Under the pieces are notes generated by a model. The model searched no databases, had not been told where the DNA came from, and worked only from the letters and a program-made list of their open reading frames with translations. A DNA stretch of 64,000 nucleotides. Origin: Candidatus Zhuqueibacterota bacterium. Its GTDB lineage: Bacteria; Zhuqueibacterota; Zhuqueibacteria; Thermofontimicrobiales; Thermofontimicrobiaceae. The first letter of the stretch is position 1. Each line of letters opens with the position of its first letter. The position numbers and the translations under genes were made by a program. Shown piece after piece: positions 1 through 9,345 of this stretch. The stretch is from contig JBMOPW010000014.1 of NCBI GenBank assembly GCA_049322915.1, positions 344,983 through 408,982 of the forward strand. Reading direction: 5' to 3'.

Positions 1-25
1 ATTTCGATATTTTTTTGTATGTTTT

Positions 26-50
26 GTGGACGGCCGCGACCGTCCACTAC
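26..50 (-). repeat. GTAG-type REP-like palindrome
   Basis: Minus strand reads GTAG-TGGACGG-tcgcgg-CCGTCCAC. The 8-bp perfect stem (26-33/40-47) with a GTAG foot lies downstream of the nucleotidase gene. Confidence 0.4.
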
Positions 51-175
51 GCGTAAGTCCAGTAAAAATATAGGCGATAAAATTTTAACTGGCCATTCAT
101 ATTTTTCAATGTTTTTGAAAGAGCTGATGACTGAATGCTGTTCGTCCACTACCGTTTAAAATGAATGCTCGCTCT

Positions 176-2074
176 TTACCGGCTCAACAGCATCTTTCGG
201 GCCATCACAACGTGGCCGGCTTTCAGGCGATAGAGATAGACGTCGCTGGCCACCTGGTCGCCGGCATTGTTTTTTCCATCCCAGTTCAACTGATAATTCC
301 CGGCAGTCTGGTGTTCATTGACCAAAGTCCGAATTTCCTGACCCAGCAGGTTGAAAATGGAAACGCGGACGTCACAGGCTTCAGGAATCACGTAGTAGAA
401 CGAGGTCGTGGGATTGAACGGATTGGGATAGTTCTGCGACAGATGGTAAGTCGATGGAGCTGTTGCCGGTTGTTTGCCATCCTCAACAGTTGTTTTGGCC
501 ACGTCGCGAATCCGAACCCCACCAGGCACATCGATGGGAGAATGCTTTTTGATGTGGTCTCGCACCACAGCGAATTCCGAATTGGCAATTTCCTGAACAT
601 TGTACACGGTGTCGATCCCGGTCAATTCGAGCATGGGGACCAGGTCGGAATTGATGGCGACGGTGTAGCGGGCATTGACATCCAGCGGCTGTCCGTTTAT
701 TCGGATAGAAGAATAATCCACGCGGGACCCCGGCTGATTGTTTGAATTGAATTCAAATGTCAGGCCCGATGCCTGCAGGAAGAATGTATCGGTGTATTCA
801 ATCAGGGCGACGGAAAATTCGAGCCCGGCGATGATGGAGATACCGTCAATTTCCAGCGTGGAGAGGGTGGAGCCGTATCCGGTGATGACATTCAGACCTT
901 CCGGCAATACCTGAAAAATATCGGCTGCTGTCAGGTCGCCGGGGTAGATGGCCTGGCGGATGAAACCGTTGGCGGCAAACGCGATATCCGTGTTCGCGGT
1001 GTCGCGGAGCGCGTCGGTGATGAGATTGCCGACTTTGCTGTCCTTGTACTCTCCTGCGCTGAACGCCTGTTCGTGCATGGTAGCCGCCTGAGCGAGTATC
1101 TGGCTGTACACCGGCCCATAGCGGATGTCGCTTTCGACGGTGGCAATAAGACCGTTGATCGTGGCTTCGGTGGAAGGCTCCGCCGGGATGGTGTCATCGA
1201 TGGGAATGATCTGATAATTCAAAACAGCGAAAGAAGAACCAGTCGCTTCGACGGTCATGCAGCCAACATGAGTGCCGCCCCAGTTCGCCTGAACGACATA
1301 GGTGAGTTCACCGGTGAAGGCATTGGGCACAGGCACAGGATTGGGGACGTAGGTGTGCGAGTGTCCGCCGACGATGATATCAATGCCCGGAACCATGGTC
1401 GCTAAAAGTTGATCGGAAAGAAAGCCCAAATGGCTCAGGCAAATGATGAGGTCGCAACCCTGGCTGTTCAGCTCGGTAACCACGCGCGCCGCGGCAACAG
1501 AATCGGACGTGAACACAATGGGCTCGGGATGAGCGATGGTGTTTGTCTCAGTAGTGGTCAGCCCGAAAATACCGACTTTGGTATTGCCGTAATCTTTGAT
1601 GATATAATCCTGAACCAGTGGATCGATGTCCGGGAAAGCGGAATAGTCCATATTTGCGCACAGTACCGGGAAAAGCGCCGGAAAGCCGGCCGTGGTCAGA
1701 ACGTGGACGAGAGTGCTGGGATAATAATTGAACTCGTGGTTTCCCAGAGTCATGGCGTCGAAGCCGAGCGCGGCCATGATCTGGAATTCCGGAACGCCGA
1801 AGAATTTGTTGAACATAAAGTCGCCGCCAAATACATCGCCGGCATGCAGCAGAATGGGATTGGGTGAGGACATTTTCAGCGATCCGATGGTGGAAGCGAT
1901 TCTGGCCATCCCGCCGATGGTTCCCACGCCGCTGGTATTTTTCGGCCCCCACGGCACGAGGTGAGAATGAGTGTCATTCACATGAATGATCGTCAGCGTA
2001 TCTGCCTGCCCGAATAGCGATGTGGCCAGAGCAAAACAGATAATGATTGAAAAAACAGTGAGCTTAAATTTCAT
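176..2074 (-). CDS. Secreted bifunctional metallophosphoesterase/5'-nucleotidase with T9SS-type CTD
   Basis: Signal peptide; calcineurin-like motifs DTHSH, AGD, GNHE, HLG, GHSH; 5'-nucleotidase C-domain; C-terminal QNYPNPFN...RKMLLSR; RBS AAGGAGG upstream. Confidence 0.9.
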   Translation of the reverse strand: MKFKLTVFSIIICFALATSLFGQADTLTIIHVNDTHSHLVPWGPKNTSGVGTIGGMARIASTIGSLKMSSPNPILLHAGDVFGGDFMFNKFFGVPEFQIMAALGFDAMTLGNHEFNYYPSTLVHVLTTAGFPALFPVLCANMDYSAFPDIDPLVQDYIIKDYGNTKVGIFGLTTTETNTIAHPEPIVFTSDSVAAARVVTELNSQGCDLIICLSHLGFLSDQLLATMVPGIDIIVGGHSHTYVPNPVPVPNAFTGELTYVVQANWGGTHVGCMTVEATGSSFAVLNYQIIPIDDTIPAEPSTEATINGLIATVESDIRYGPVYSQILAQAATMHEQAFSAGEYKDSKVGNLITDALRDTANTDIAFAANGFIRQAIYPGDLTAADIFQVLPEGLNVITGYGSTLSTLEIDGISIIAGLEFSVALIEYTDTFFLQASGLTFEFNSNNQPGSRVDYSSIRINGQPLDVNARYTVAINSDLVPMLELTGIDTVYNVQEIANSEFAVVRDHIKKHSPIDVPGGVRIRDVAKTTVEDGKQPATAPSTYHLSQNYPNPFNPTTSFYYVIPEACDVRVSIFNLLGQEIRTLVNEHQTAGNYQLNWDGKNNAGDQVASDVYLYRLKAGHVVMARKMLLSR

Positions 2075-2376
2075 AGCCCCTCCTTCGTTTGAAAAAAAAT
2101 TAACTGCGGAAGCGTGAAGCGCCGCAGCATGACTAAGATGAAACGCCCTTTTAATACTCTTTTCTGACGCGGATTTTGGGGTGGGATGAACAATTGCAGG
2201 GTATAAAATTCAATGACAAACAAGCCTGCATGCTTTTTTGAAAAGTAAATGTTTTTCGAAAATGATTGGCTTGATTCCGTCAAATGAGCGCGCGCAGTTC
2301 AATGCTGGATGGTTCCGATCCTGACGTGCTGAATACGTGTTCGACAAAATCGTTTTTCGCGCATCCCCCTGATTAG

Positions 2377-2561
2377 TCAGGGTCTGTCCGAAAACTGCTA
2401 ACAATGACCTCACCACAACCCTCTCCTAAAAGAAGAGGGAGAACAGATGTTCCCCTTCTTGCCCGCAGGGTAAGAAGAGGATTAGGGGATGATGTCTGAC
2501 GTAATGAGGTTTGAAAATATCAACCTCATAGCTAATTTAGGTGTTTTCGGACAGACATTGG
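2377..2561. mobile_element. MITE-like element with TTAG target duplication
   Basis: Perfect 14-bp IR GTCTGTCCGAAAAC (2382-2395/2543-2556), each 5 bp inside a TTAG direct repeat (2373-2376, 2562-2565). Interior contains CCCTCTCC...GAGGG palindromes. Confidence 0.65.
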
Positions 2562-2619
2562 TTAGTATCTGACAAATAATTTTCTGACCTTTTTGGGCAG
2601 AAAATTTTAATACTTTTTT

Positions 2620-2735
2620 AATAGAACACGGATAATCCACCAAACAAACGGCGGACGTACCGCACTGATGACACAGGTTTACCCATATAAAGAATCCGTG
2701 AAGATCAGCGTCATCCGCGTCATCAGTGTTCTATT
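2620..2735. repeat. Inverted repeat built of ~9-bp units (ATCCGCGTC-like)
   Basis: AATAGAACACGGAT (2620-2633) vs ATCAGTGTTCTATT (2722-2735), 13/14 match; tandem ATCCGTGAAG/ATCAGCGTC/ATCCGCGTC/ATCAGTGTT units; overlaps the stop codon of the TolB-like gene. Confidence 0.65.
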
Positions 2736-3735
2736 TCTTTTTTAGATCCGGCTTGTCCAGGTTAGGGTTCCAGGACGGAAATTCATCGGTGCAATCATCT
2801 CTGAAAGTGACCTGAGTGAGCCCGCTGCCATCTTTATTGATCAAAAATAAATACCGGGTCCTGGAAAAGAGAATTTTGCTCCCATCGGGCGACCAGACCG
2901 GATGCCAATCGGAATGTCCCTCAGTCAGGCGCGTGGCCGTGCGACTTTCCAGACCAAATGTCCACAACTCTTCAGTATAATCAAGAAACGCTTTGACAAA
3001 AGCCACCGTCTTTCCATCCGGAGAAATTGCAGGATGTTTGAAGGCGACGTTGCTGGATGACTGCTCGTCGGAATACAAAGGCGTCCGGGTCAGCGAGCTG
3101 AGACTCAACTGTAACAGTGTGGGTTTGCCACTGGAGTCCGAGTCGGCGAACAGAAGATGCTCACCATCCGGGTACCATGACGGGCGTGTCCGATTGACTT
3201 CTTCGACGTCCGTGAGATAAAAGGAAGAGTCATGTTCCAAATCGGCCAGCCAGAGGGAAGAGAAGGAATTCCGCTTCGACCAGAAGGCGATTTTCATTCC
3301 GTCCCTCGACCAGGCGCCGTAGCTGTCATCGAACAGAGAGGGCGAGACATTGTGCGCAATTAATGAATTGAGGTCCATGCTGTAAAGCTGCCACAGGAAG
3401 GTTCTGGTCTGGCCTTTGTAAACGAAGTATGAGAACAGGATTTCAGTGCCATCCGGCGAAAGCGCCAGATTGGACGGGATGTAAACGTCAAAATTTGTGA
3501 TCTGGCTGATGGATTGCGCGCTGGCGTCCAGTTGGATGAAGTAATAATTGTCCGGGAAATCGACGAGATTCCTTCTGAAAACGATTGTGCCCGAAAGCTG
3601 CTCAAACGGGATTTTTGTGTCCTCTTCAGATTTTACAGGCACTGGCTGGTCCGGAGCCCTGTCGCATTGCCAGAAAACACCGGCGCTCAATGTCAGGCAA
3701 AATGCCAATAGGATTTTGTTTGAAAGATTTTTCAT
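2731..3735 (-). CDS. TolB-like (PD40/WD40) beta-propeller protein, probable lipoprotein
   Basis: Repeated SPDG/WSRDG/WYPDG/WSPDG motifs. Start moved to MKNLSNK (3735) with GGAG RBS; hydrophobic signal ending in ...VFWQC. Confidence 0.8.
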   Translation of the reverse strand: MKNLSNKILLAFCLTLSAGVFWQCDRAPDQPVPVKSEEDTKIPFEQLSGTIVFRRNLVDFPDNYYFIQLDASAQSISQITNFDVYIPSNLALSPDGTEILFSYFVYKGQTRTFLWQLYSMDLNSLIAHNVSPSLFDDSYGAWSRDGMKIAFWSKRNSFSSLWLADLEHDSSFYLTDVEEVNRTRPSWYPDGEHLLFADSDSSGKPTLLQLSLSSLTRTPLYSDEQSSSNVAFKHPAISPDGKTVAFVKAFLDYTEELWTFGLESRTATRLTEGHSDWHPVWSPDGSKILFSRTRYLFLINKDGSGLTQVTFRDDCTDEFPSWNPNLDKPDLKKK

Positions 3736-3866
3736 AGGCCGCTCCAAAAAAATGATTGCGTCCCCCGATTGTGTCGCTTTGTGAAAACTATCTTGTGTCA
3801 TCATTTTCTACAAAATGCATGGCTCCGTGAAAAGGGACAAGGCCAGCGTTAATATTTGATTATCTT

Positions 3867-5225
3867 TTACACCAGGGGTTCCCTTTTTAATTTCAGGCCT
3901 TTATCGAAATAGTAATAAATTGGCAAACCGCTGAAAATAAGCACCGCGGCGGCGACTACGCCTTCCACGGGGAACGCTTTGTACGTGCCATAAATCAGAA
4001 AGAATTGCGTGAGAATCGCCAGGGTCGCCATGACCGGCCAGACAGGCGCAGTGTACGATGGCGAATAATCTGGCATTCTCCTGAGCCGAAAGATCGCTGC
4101 GTAGACAAGCGCATTCTGCAGGATGTAAGAAAGTGTGAAGTAGCCCAGCAGCGCCTCGATGTTGCCGACGAAGAGCAGGACAATTGCCAGCCCGGATTGC
4201 AGCAAAATCGAATAGTCCGGCGTGCGAAATCGGGGATGAACATGCGCGAACGGCGCGAAGAAAAGCCCGTCTTTGGCAATGGCATATTCGATTCTGGGCT
4301 GAACCATAATGCAGGCATTGGCTGCGCCCACCATGGAAATGAATGCTGCAATAGCTAAAAATGCGGCGGCCATATTGGCAAAAGCCGGCAGATGTTCAAA
4401 GGGATTGGCGAATGAGTCGACATAGGTCACTAATTTTTCATGCGGTACAATGGCGCTAGTCGCCAGTGCAATCAGCGTATAAGCCAGCATGATGCCAATG
4501 GCCGAGCCAATGAGCGCCCGCGGCAGATTTTTTTGTGGCTCTTTTATTTCGCCGGCCATGTACAGAATATTTGGGAAGCCGGCGTATGACCACGTTGTAG
4601 CCGCCACGCCGGCGAGAAGCAATGCCCATGTTCCGCCTATGGCGGTCGTTGCAACAGGGCTGGCGGACAGATTTCCTGAGTCAAGATAGAACATTCCCAG
4701 AACAACTATCAAAATCAGAGGCGATATTTTTGCAATTGTCAGCAGCACCTGCAGATTGCCTCCGGAGCGAACATCGCGGTAATGGACTGATGTCAGTATT
4801 GCGATGAGCGCCGCGGCAAATATTTTCCCGACAATCGTTCCGTCCAATGCCGGCCAAAAAATGGAAAGCGCAGAACTGGCGCTGAGAGCGATGATCGTGA
4901 TGGATGGCGTGTCGCTCGTCCAGAAGACAGTCCAGACATAGAGAAACGCTAACGGTTTGCTGCCAGCCTTGCGCAGGTAGAGGTAGCCAAATCCTTCCTG
5001 GGGATAGGCAGTGCCCATTTCAGCGAGAATGAGAATCTGGGGAATCCAGATGAGTCCGCCGATGAGCCATGCCAGAACTGCCAGCATGGGACTGCCAGTC
5101 TCCCGGACGACAATCGGCAGTGTGATGAAAACTCCGGAGCCAATCACAGTCCCGATGATGATGGCAAACGTGTGACCGGCGTGCAATTTGCGAGTGAGCT
5201 CAGCGATTGGCAAATCCTCCTTCAT
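3867..5225 (-). CDS. APC-family amino acid permease, FrlA (fructoselysine transporter)-like
   Basis: About 12 TM segments; GTVIGSGVF, YLRKAGSKPLAFL, WSYAG, GEIKEP, QPRIEYAIAKD and LLGYFTL closely follow E. coli FrlA as recalled from memory. Confidence 0.85.
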   Translation of the reverse strand: MKEDLPIAELTRKLHAGHTFAIIIGTVIGSGVFITLPIVVRETGSPMLAVLAWLIGGLIWIPQILILAEMGTAYPQEGFGYLYLRKAGSKPLAFLYVWTVFWTSDTPSITIIALSASSALSIFWPALDGTIVGKIFAAALIAILTSVHYRDVRSGGNLQVLLTIAKISPLILIVVLGMFYLDSGNLSASPVATTAIGGTWALLLAGVAATTWSYAGFPNILYMAGEIKEPQKNLPRALIGSAIGIMLAYTLIALATSAIVPHEKLVTYVDSFANPFEHLPAFANMAAAFLAIAAFISMVGAANACIMVQPRIEYAIAKDGLFFAPFAHVHPRFRTPDYSILLQSGLAIVLLFVGNIEALLGYFTLSYILQNALVYAAIFRLRRMPDYSPSYTAPVWPVMATLAILTQFFLIYGTYKAFPVEGVVAAAVLIFSGLPIYYYFDKGLKLKREPLV

Positions 5226-5286
5226 TCATATCGATTATTCAAACTTGCCGGTAAATAGATTTTTAATCCGCGAAAAAGAGCAGCGA

Positions 5287-5787
5287 TCATTGCGACAGAA
5301 TTTCAGCCGCCATGTGAAGCGCTTTGTCAGCAGCCATTAATCTAATTTTATGTCTCGTACCCGGGAACTGATACCGCCGCACCATCGCATTGGCGTTGAA
5401 CTTCACACCAATGAAAACGGTACCCACGGGTTTTTCGGGGGTACCGCCGCCGGGGCCGGCAATGCCGCTGACGGCAATGGCGAGGGTGGCGTTGGTTTCG
5501 CGGACAATTCCAGTCAGCATCTCAGCAACAACCGTTTCGCTCACTGCCCCGTCACGCATCAAAGTCTCCGGACTCACCTTCAGCCAATGAGTTTTCATCG
5601 CATTGCTATAGGAGACGACTCCCCCGATGAACACGCCGGACGAACCCGGCACATCGGTGATCAATTTTGAAATCAATCCGCCGGTGCACGATTCTGCCGT
5701 GGCTATTTTGATTTTCTGCTCCCGAAGAAATCGGACAAGCTGCGTGTAATTTTTGAATGATACCATAAAATGGCTCTGTCCTCCCAT
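5287..5787 (-). CDS. pncC: CinA C-terminal domain protein / NMN deamidase (PncC)
   Basis: ATAESCTGG, PGSS, YSN..K, GAVS, SGIAGPGGG, KPVGTV motifs. Start may be the ATG at 5766. Confidence 0.88.
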   Translation of the reverse strand: MGGQSHFMVSFKNYTQLVRFLREQKIKIATAESCTGGLISKLITDVPGSSGVFIGGVVSYSNAMKTHWLKVSPETLMRDGAVSETVVAEMLTGIVRETNATLAIAVSGIAGPGGGTPEKPVGTVFIGVKFNANAMVRRYQFPGTRHKIRLMAADKALHMAAEILSQ

Positions 5788-5822
5788 CCGTCATGTTGTG
5801 CCGAACCGTATTGGAGAAAGAA

Positions 5823-5862
5823 TGAAAAGGCAATTTCGCGGAGTGCAGAAATTGCCTTTTCA
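5823..5862 (-). terminator. Intrinsic terminator-like hairpin
   Basis: Perfect 15-bp IR TGAAAAGGCAATTTC/GAAATTGCCTTTTCA, about 25 bp after the stop at 5886. Confidence 0.7.
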
Positions 5863-5885
5863 ATTCCGTTGAAGTCGCAGCGATA

Positions 5886-8270
5886 CTACTTCATCAATAA
5901 TAATTTTTTAACAGTGTTAAACGTGTGCGCTTCCATTTTGACAAGGTAAAGACCGGTGGCTACGGTGCGACCCAAATCGTCGGTGCCATTCCAGGTGATG
6001 TTGTGATTCCCGATGGATAAATTTCTGTCCACCAGTGTTTTTACCTGCTGCCCCATTATGTTGTAAATCTTAATTGACACGCGACCTTCCAGCGCTGTGG
6101 TAAAAAGAATTCGGGTGACGGCATTGAAAGGATTGGGATAATTCTGGGACAGCGAGTATTGCAACGGGCGACCTGTCTCGGGATAGACGAGGACAGCAGC
6201 CGTAGTGTCGCCGGGCTCGCTCAATTTGATCGCATCCGCGCGGATGACGATCGAATCCTGAATGGTCGATCTCAACGAATCGACATTGAAATTCGATAAG
6301 GTTGTATCGTTTAAAATCTGAATCCAATTGGTGTTGCCCTCGGCGAACATGAAGCGCCCGGCATACCGCCAAATATTCCCGGTTGTCAGGCCGTTTTGAT
6401 TGATGTAAACAGTATCGGGCAGAGAGCCAAACGGCTGAATAATATAGGGCGCGCGCGACGAGCTGTTGCTGCTCGAAGGCGCTGAAGAAACGTAGACATC
6501 GTATTCCCGCGTTTCCGGGACATGGGGATAGTAGGTGACATACGCCCCATGATTGTGCAGCAAGTACGCGTACAGGCTGGACCCATTGATCGTGTTGACG
6601 GATGCGGAGACGCTCCAATTGCCCTGGCTGATTTCAACATCGGCGCTGTCCGAGTCGTCGGTGATGGCTTGTAAGCCGATGCCATTTCCCTGAAGAATGA
6701 TTCGTTGCACCGGTTCATCGATATCGTCAGTGAGAATAGTCAGCGTGTCCCGGTACGAAATGATGGATTTCGGCGAAAATGCAACGGTCACAATGGCGCT
6801 ATCCAATCCTGCGATGTTTACAGGAAACGTCGACGGTGCGGCCACATCGAAAAACTCGGAGTTAGTGGTCATGCTCGAAACGATGAGCGGCACTTTGCCG
6901 AGGTTATACACTTTGAAATTCCAGTTGGCAGTGGTTTCCTTGGTCACATCGGAAAAATAGTGATAATCATCGGAAAGCTCAATGTCGGCAACGGTCGAAA
7001 CAGTACTGAAACGCATTAAGTCAGTGCGCAAGTATCCGCCACCGCTACCGTCATTGACAACGTGAACAGAATTGAACGAACCTTCGAAGAAGTAATATGT
7101 GCCAATAAAACGCCAGATCGCTTCTGTATAACCTGAGTTATTTTGATTCAACCAAACAGAATCGGTGATGGCTCCGAATGGATAGACCTCGTAAAGGGCA
7201 TGAGTATTGGCATTCGCCGTACCGGGCAAAGCCATGTACACATTGTACTCGCCGCTTTCAGGAATGTCCGGAACAAATTCAGCGCGGGCATTGGGGTCGA
7301 GACAATACCGGCTCGATGAATTGGGGATTCCCTGGAAAATCGCCTTGCTGTCGCTGGTTGACCAGGTGCCGATGTGTTCCATGTAATTGGGCGCGCCGTT
7401 ATCATTGTTGATAATCACCGTGGTCGTGGTTCCCAGACCTGTCAGTGGTATGCTGATTTCCGGCTCGATGACGTCATCACTTACAATCACGAGTGTATCG
7501 TTGAATGTCTTTTCGAAATTGGGGACAAACTGAACCGAAACTTCAGCGTAATCCCGCGGCGAAATTTGGAGTGGAAAAGTTGTCCCAGCGATTGTATAAA
7601 TACCAGTGAGCGATGAAATATTCTGAACCGTGAGGTTAGTCCCTCCAATGTTATAAATCTTCAGTTTCCAGATCTTGCCTTCTCCTATATTTGTCGGACC
7701 GAAATCATAGAGCCTTCGCCAGACCGGATCGATTTTTTTATCTTCAGGGGATTTAATAAGCCGCACAGCATCCGAATAGAATGCATAGCCCACCAGGCTG
7801 GTAGAGTCATTTTCAACTTTGACATAGCTGTCGCTGCCCGGAATAAAATAATAAATACCGAGCATATTCCATGAAAATTTGTAGTAGTCCGGATCTTGAG
7901 CGCATTGGTAATAGTTTTGATCGAGGTACGTGGAGATAGGTTCTTCAACAGAAGAGTGGACGGTGTATTTGGCCCTGTCTCGGCCGCTGCCGATTCGCGG
8001 CAGATAAAAATAGACAGCGTAATGCCCCGGGGTTTCAATTGTGGGATTCCATTGCGCCCACTGTCCCCATGTGCCCATTCCAGGGATGCCGGTGATAATG
8101 CGAGCATCACCGTTAAAAGCGCCAGTGGAAACACTTGTCGTCCAAGGATCGGGGGATTCTGTGTAGCCGACATCCTTGTTATCGACGTACAATGTATCCG
8201 ATGGCGTTCCATACGCTGCGCCAAAGAGGAAAAGAACGATGATTGGAAAAAAATGTAAATAGTTTTTCAT
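5886..8270 (-). CDS. Secreted modular protein: three golvesin/xanthan-lyase CBM-like domains, two Ig-like (choice-of-anchor D/ASH-like) domains and a CTD
   Basis: Three repeats of W..S...A.W/F.P.....G.Y.VY.....A.Y.V......NQ......W..LG.Y.F......DA; two NxG..L.V....F.P....DTL.I.SDD repeats; CTD. Start MKNYLHF at 8270 with GGAGG RBS. Confidence 0.75.
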   Translation of the reverse strand: MKNYLHFFPIIVLFLFGAAYGTPSDTLYVDNKDVGYTESPDPWTTSVSTGAFNGDARIITGIPGMGTWGQWAQWNPTIETPGHYAVYFYLPRIGSGRDRAKYTVHSSVEEPISTYLDQNYYQCAQDPDYYKFSWNMLGIYYFIPGSDSYVKVENDSTSLVGYAFYSDAVRLIKSPEDKKIDPVWRRLYDFGPTNIGEGKIWKLKIYNIGGTNLTVQNISSLTGIYTIAGTTFPLQISPRDYAEVSVQFVPNFEKTFNDTLVIVSDDVIEPEISIPLTGLGTTTTVIINNDNGAPNYMEHIGTWSTSDSKAIFQGIPNSSSRYCLDPNARAEFVPDIPESGEYNVYMALPGTANANTHALYEVYPFGAITDSVWLNQNNSGYTEAIWRFIGTYYFFEGSFNSVHVVNDGSGGGYLRTDLMRFSTVSTVADIELSDDYHYFSDVTKETTANWNFKVYNLGKVPLIVSSMTTNSEFFDVAAPSTFPVNIAGLDSAIVTVAFSPKSIISYRDTLTILTDDIDEPVQRIILQGNGIGLQAITDDSDSADVEISQGNWSVSASVNTINGSSLYAYLLHNHGAYVTYYPHVPETREYDVYVSSAPSSSNSSSRAPYIIQPFGSLPDTVYINQNGLTTGNIWRYAGRFMFAEGNTNWIQILNDTTLSNFNVDSLRSTIQDSIVIRADAIKLSEPGDTTAAVLVYPETGRPLQYSLSQNYPNPFNAVTRILFTTALEGRVSIKIYNIMGQQVKTLVDRNLSIGNHNITWNGTDDLGRTVATGLYLVKMEAHTFNTVKKLLLMK

Positions 8271-8677
8271 CTGGGCCTCCTGATTTTTAGCCACTTTGTT
8301 ATGTCGGATTTGTATGAATGGTAAACGACCACGCCTTACCTGTATTCATTCACATGGATGGCAAAGGGCGATTCGTTGACATGACCAGCACAAGCACGGT
8401 TGTTAATATATTGAAACTTAGTTAAAAAATCAAGAGGATAAATTCTCAACGGAGATTTGAATTCAGAGGAAGGCGCAGAAAAGAAGAGCACGAAGAATTT
8501 TGCCGGTGCGATTGAATAGAAGCAAATGCACACTTGCGAAACAATGGTCGTGAGCCGTTGCTGGAGACTTTTTACGCCTTAATAATCACAGTAGAATTCT
8601 GGTTTGCGAAGTGTTTGCGATGACTCATGTGAGAAAGGATGAAGAGAATGTCTGTCCCTGTTTAAAGAAATTTCCTG

Positions 8678-8953
8678 TCAGGATGTTTTTTGAATGAGTT
8701 TTATAAACGGCAGAACAAAATATCGTGATAAACCTTCGTACTGAATGGGGTATGGAAATTCTGAATAAACCTTTGTCACTTCGAAATCGCCAAATGCTTT
8801 TTTGATTTCTTTGGAAGTCATGCCTTTGGGAACCTGAATTTGAATGGTGTCGGTCGTTTGAGACTTCCGAAGGATGATAATCCGTTTGTCCGTTTGAGCT
8901 TTCTCAAGTTCGGCAACGCTGACTTCCCTCTTGAACTTAATAAATTTTTCCAT
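8678..8953 (-). CDS. Small hypothetical protein
   Basis: 91-aa ORF with AAGGGA RBS-like sequence and plausible composition; no overlap with other genes. Confidence 0.6.
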   Translation of the reverse strand: MEKFIKFKREVSVAELEKAQTDKRIIILRKSQTTDTIQIQVPKGMTSKEIKKAFGDFEVTKVYSEFPYPIQYEGLSRYFVLPFIKLIQKTS

Positions 8954-9169
8954 GTATCAATCCCTTATCCTTTTTTGCTCTACATTTTACACTTCATAAT
9001 ATATGGAAATCATCGATTCACGTATTGATTGTTGTCACTTTTGATAGAATTTCAAGCAAATGGGTAGAATCATGCCGGCTCGGCTCCCCCAGTATACAAA
9101 ATAGAAATTAGAAAAACAAGTGACAAAATCATTATTAATGAAAGATAATAATTACGAAATTCGACTGAC

Positions 9170-9210
9170 AAAAAAAAGGAACAGCTCGTTTCTCAGCAGG
9201 AAACGAGCTG
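9170..9210 (-). terminator. Rho-independent terminator of the citrate lyase operon
   Basis: 11-bp stem CAGCTCGTTTC/GAAACGAGCTG followed on the minus strand by TTCC and a run of T. Confidence 0.75.
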
Positions 9211-9345
9211 GTACCTGAGGATGACGCTCGAATTCGGGAGCCAGTACACCGGCATAACCTTTCGAGGATTGATCCTGCTTTTTTATAGAGCCATTCCGTC
9301 CTGTCAACGATCTGGATCGCGTGAGAATCAAAGCTGTGTTCCGGC

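Noticed and set aside
9211..9345. Riboswitch or sRNA between citF and its terminator
   Set aside because: No known consensus recognised; the TTGACA-TATAAA spacing is only 14 bp.
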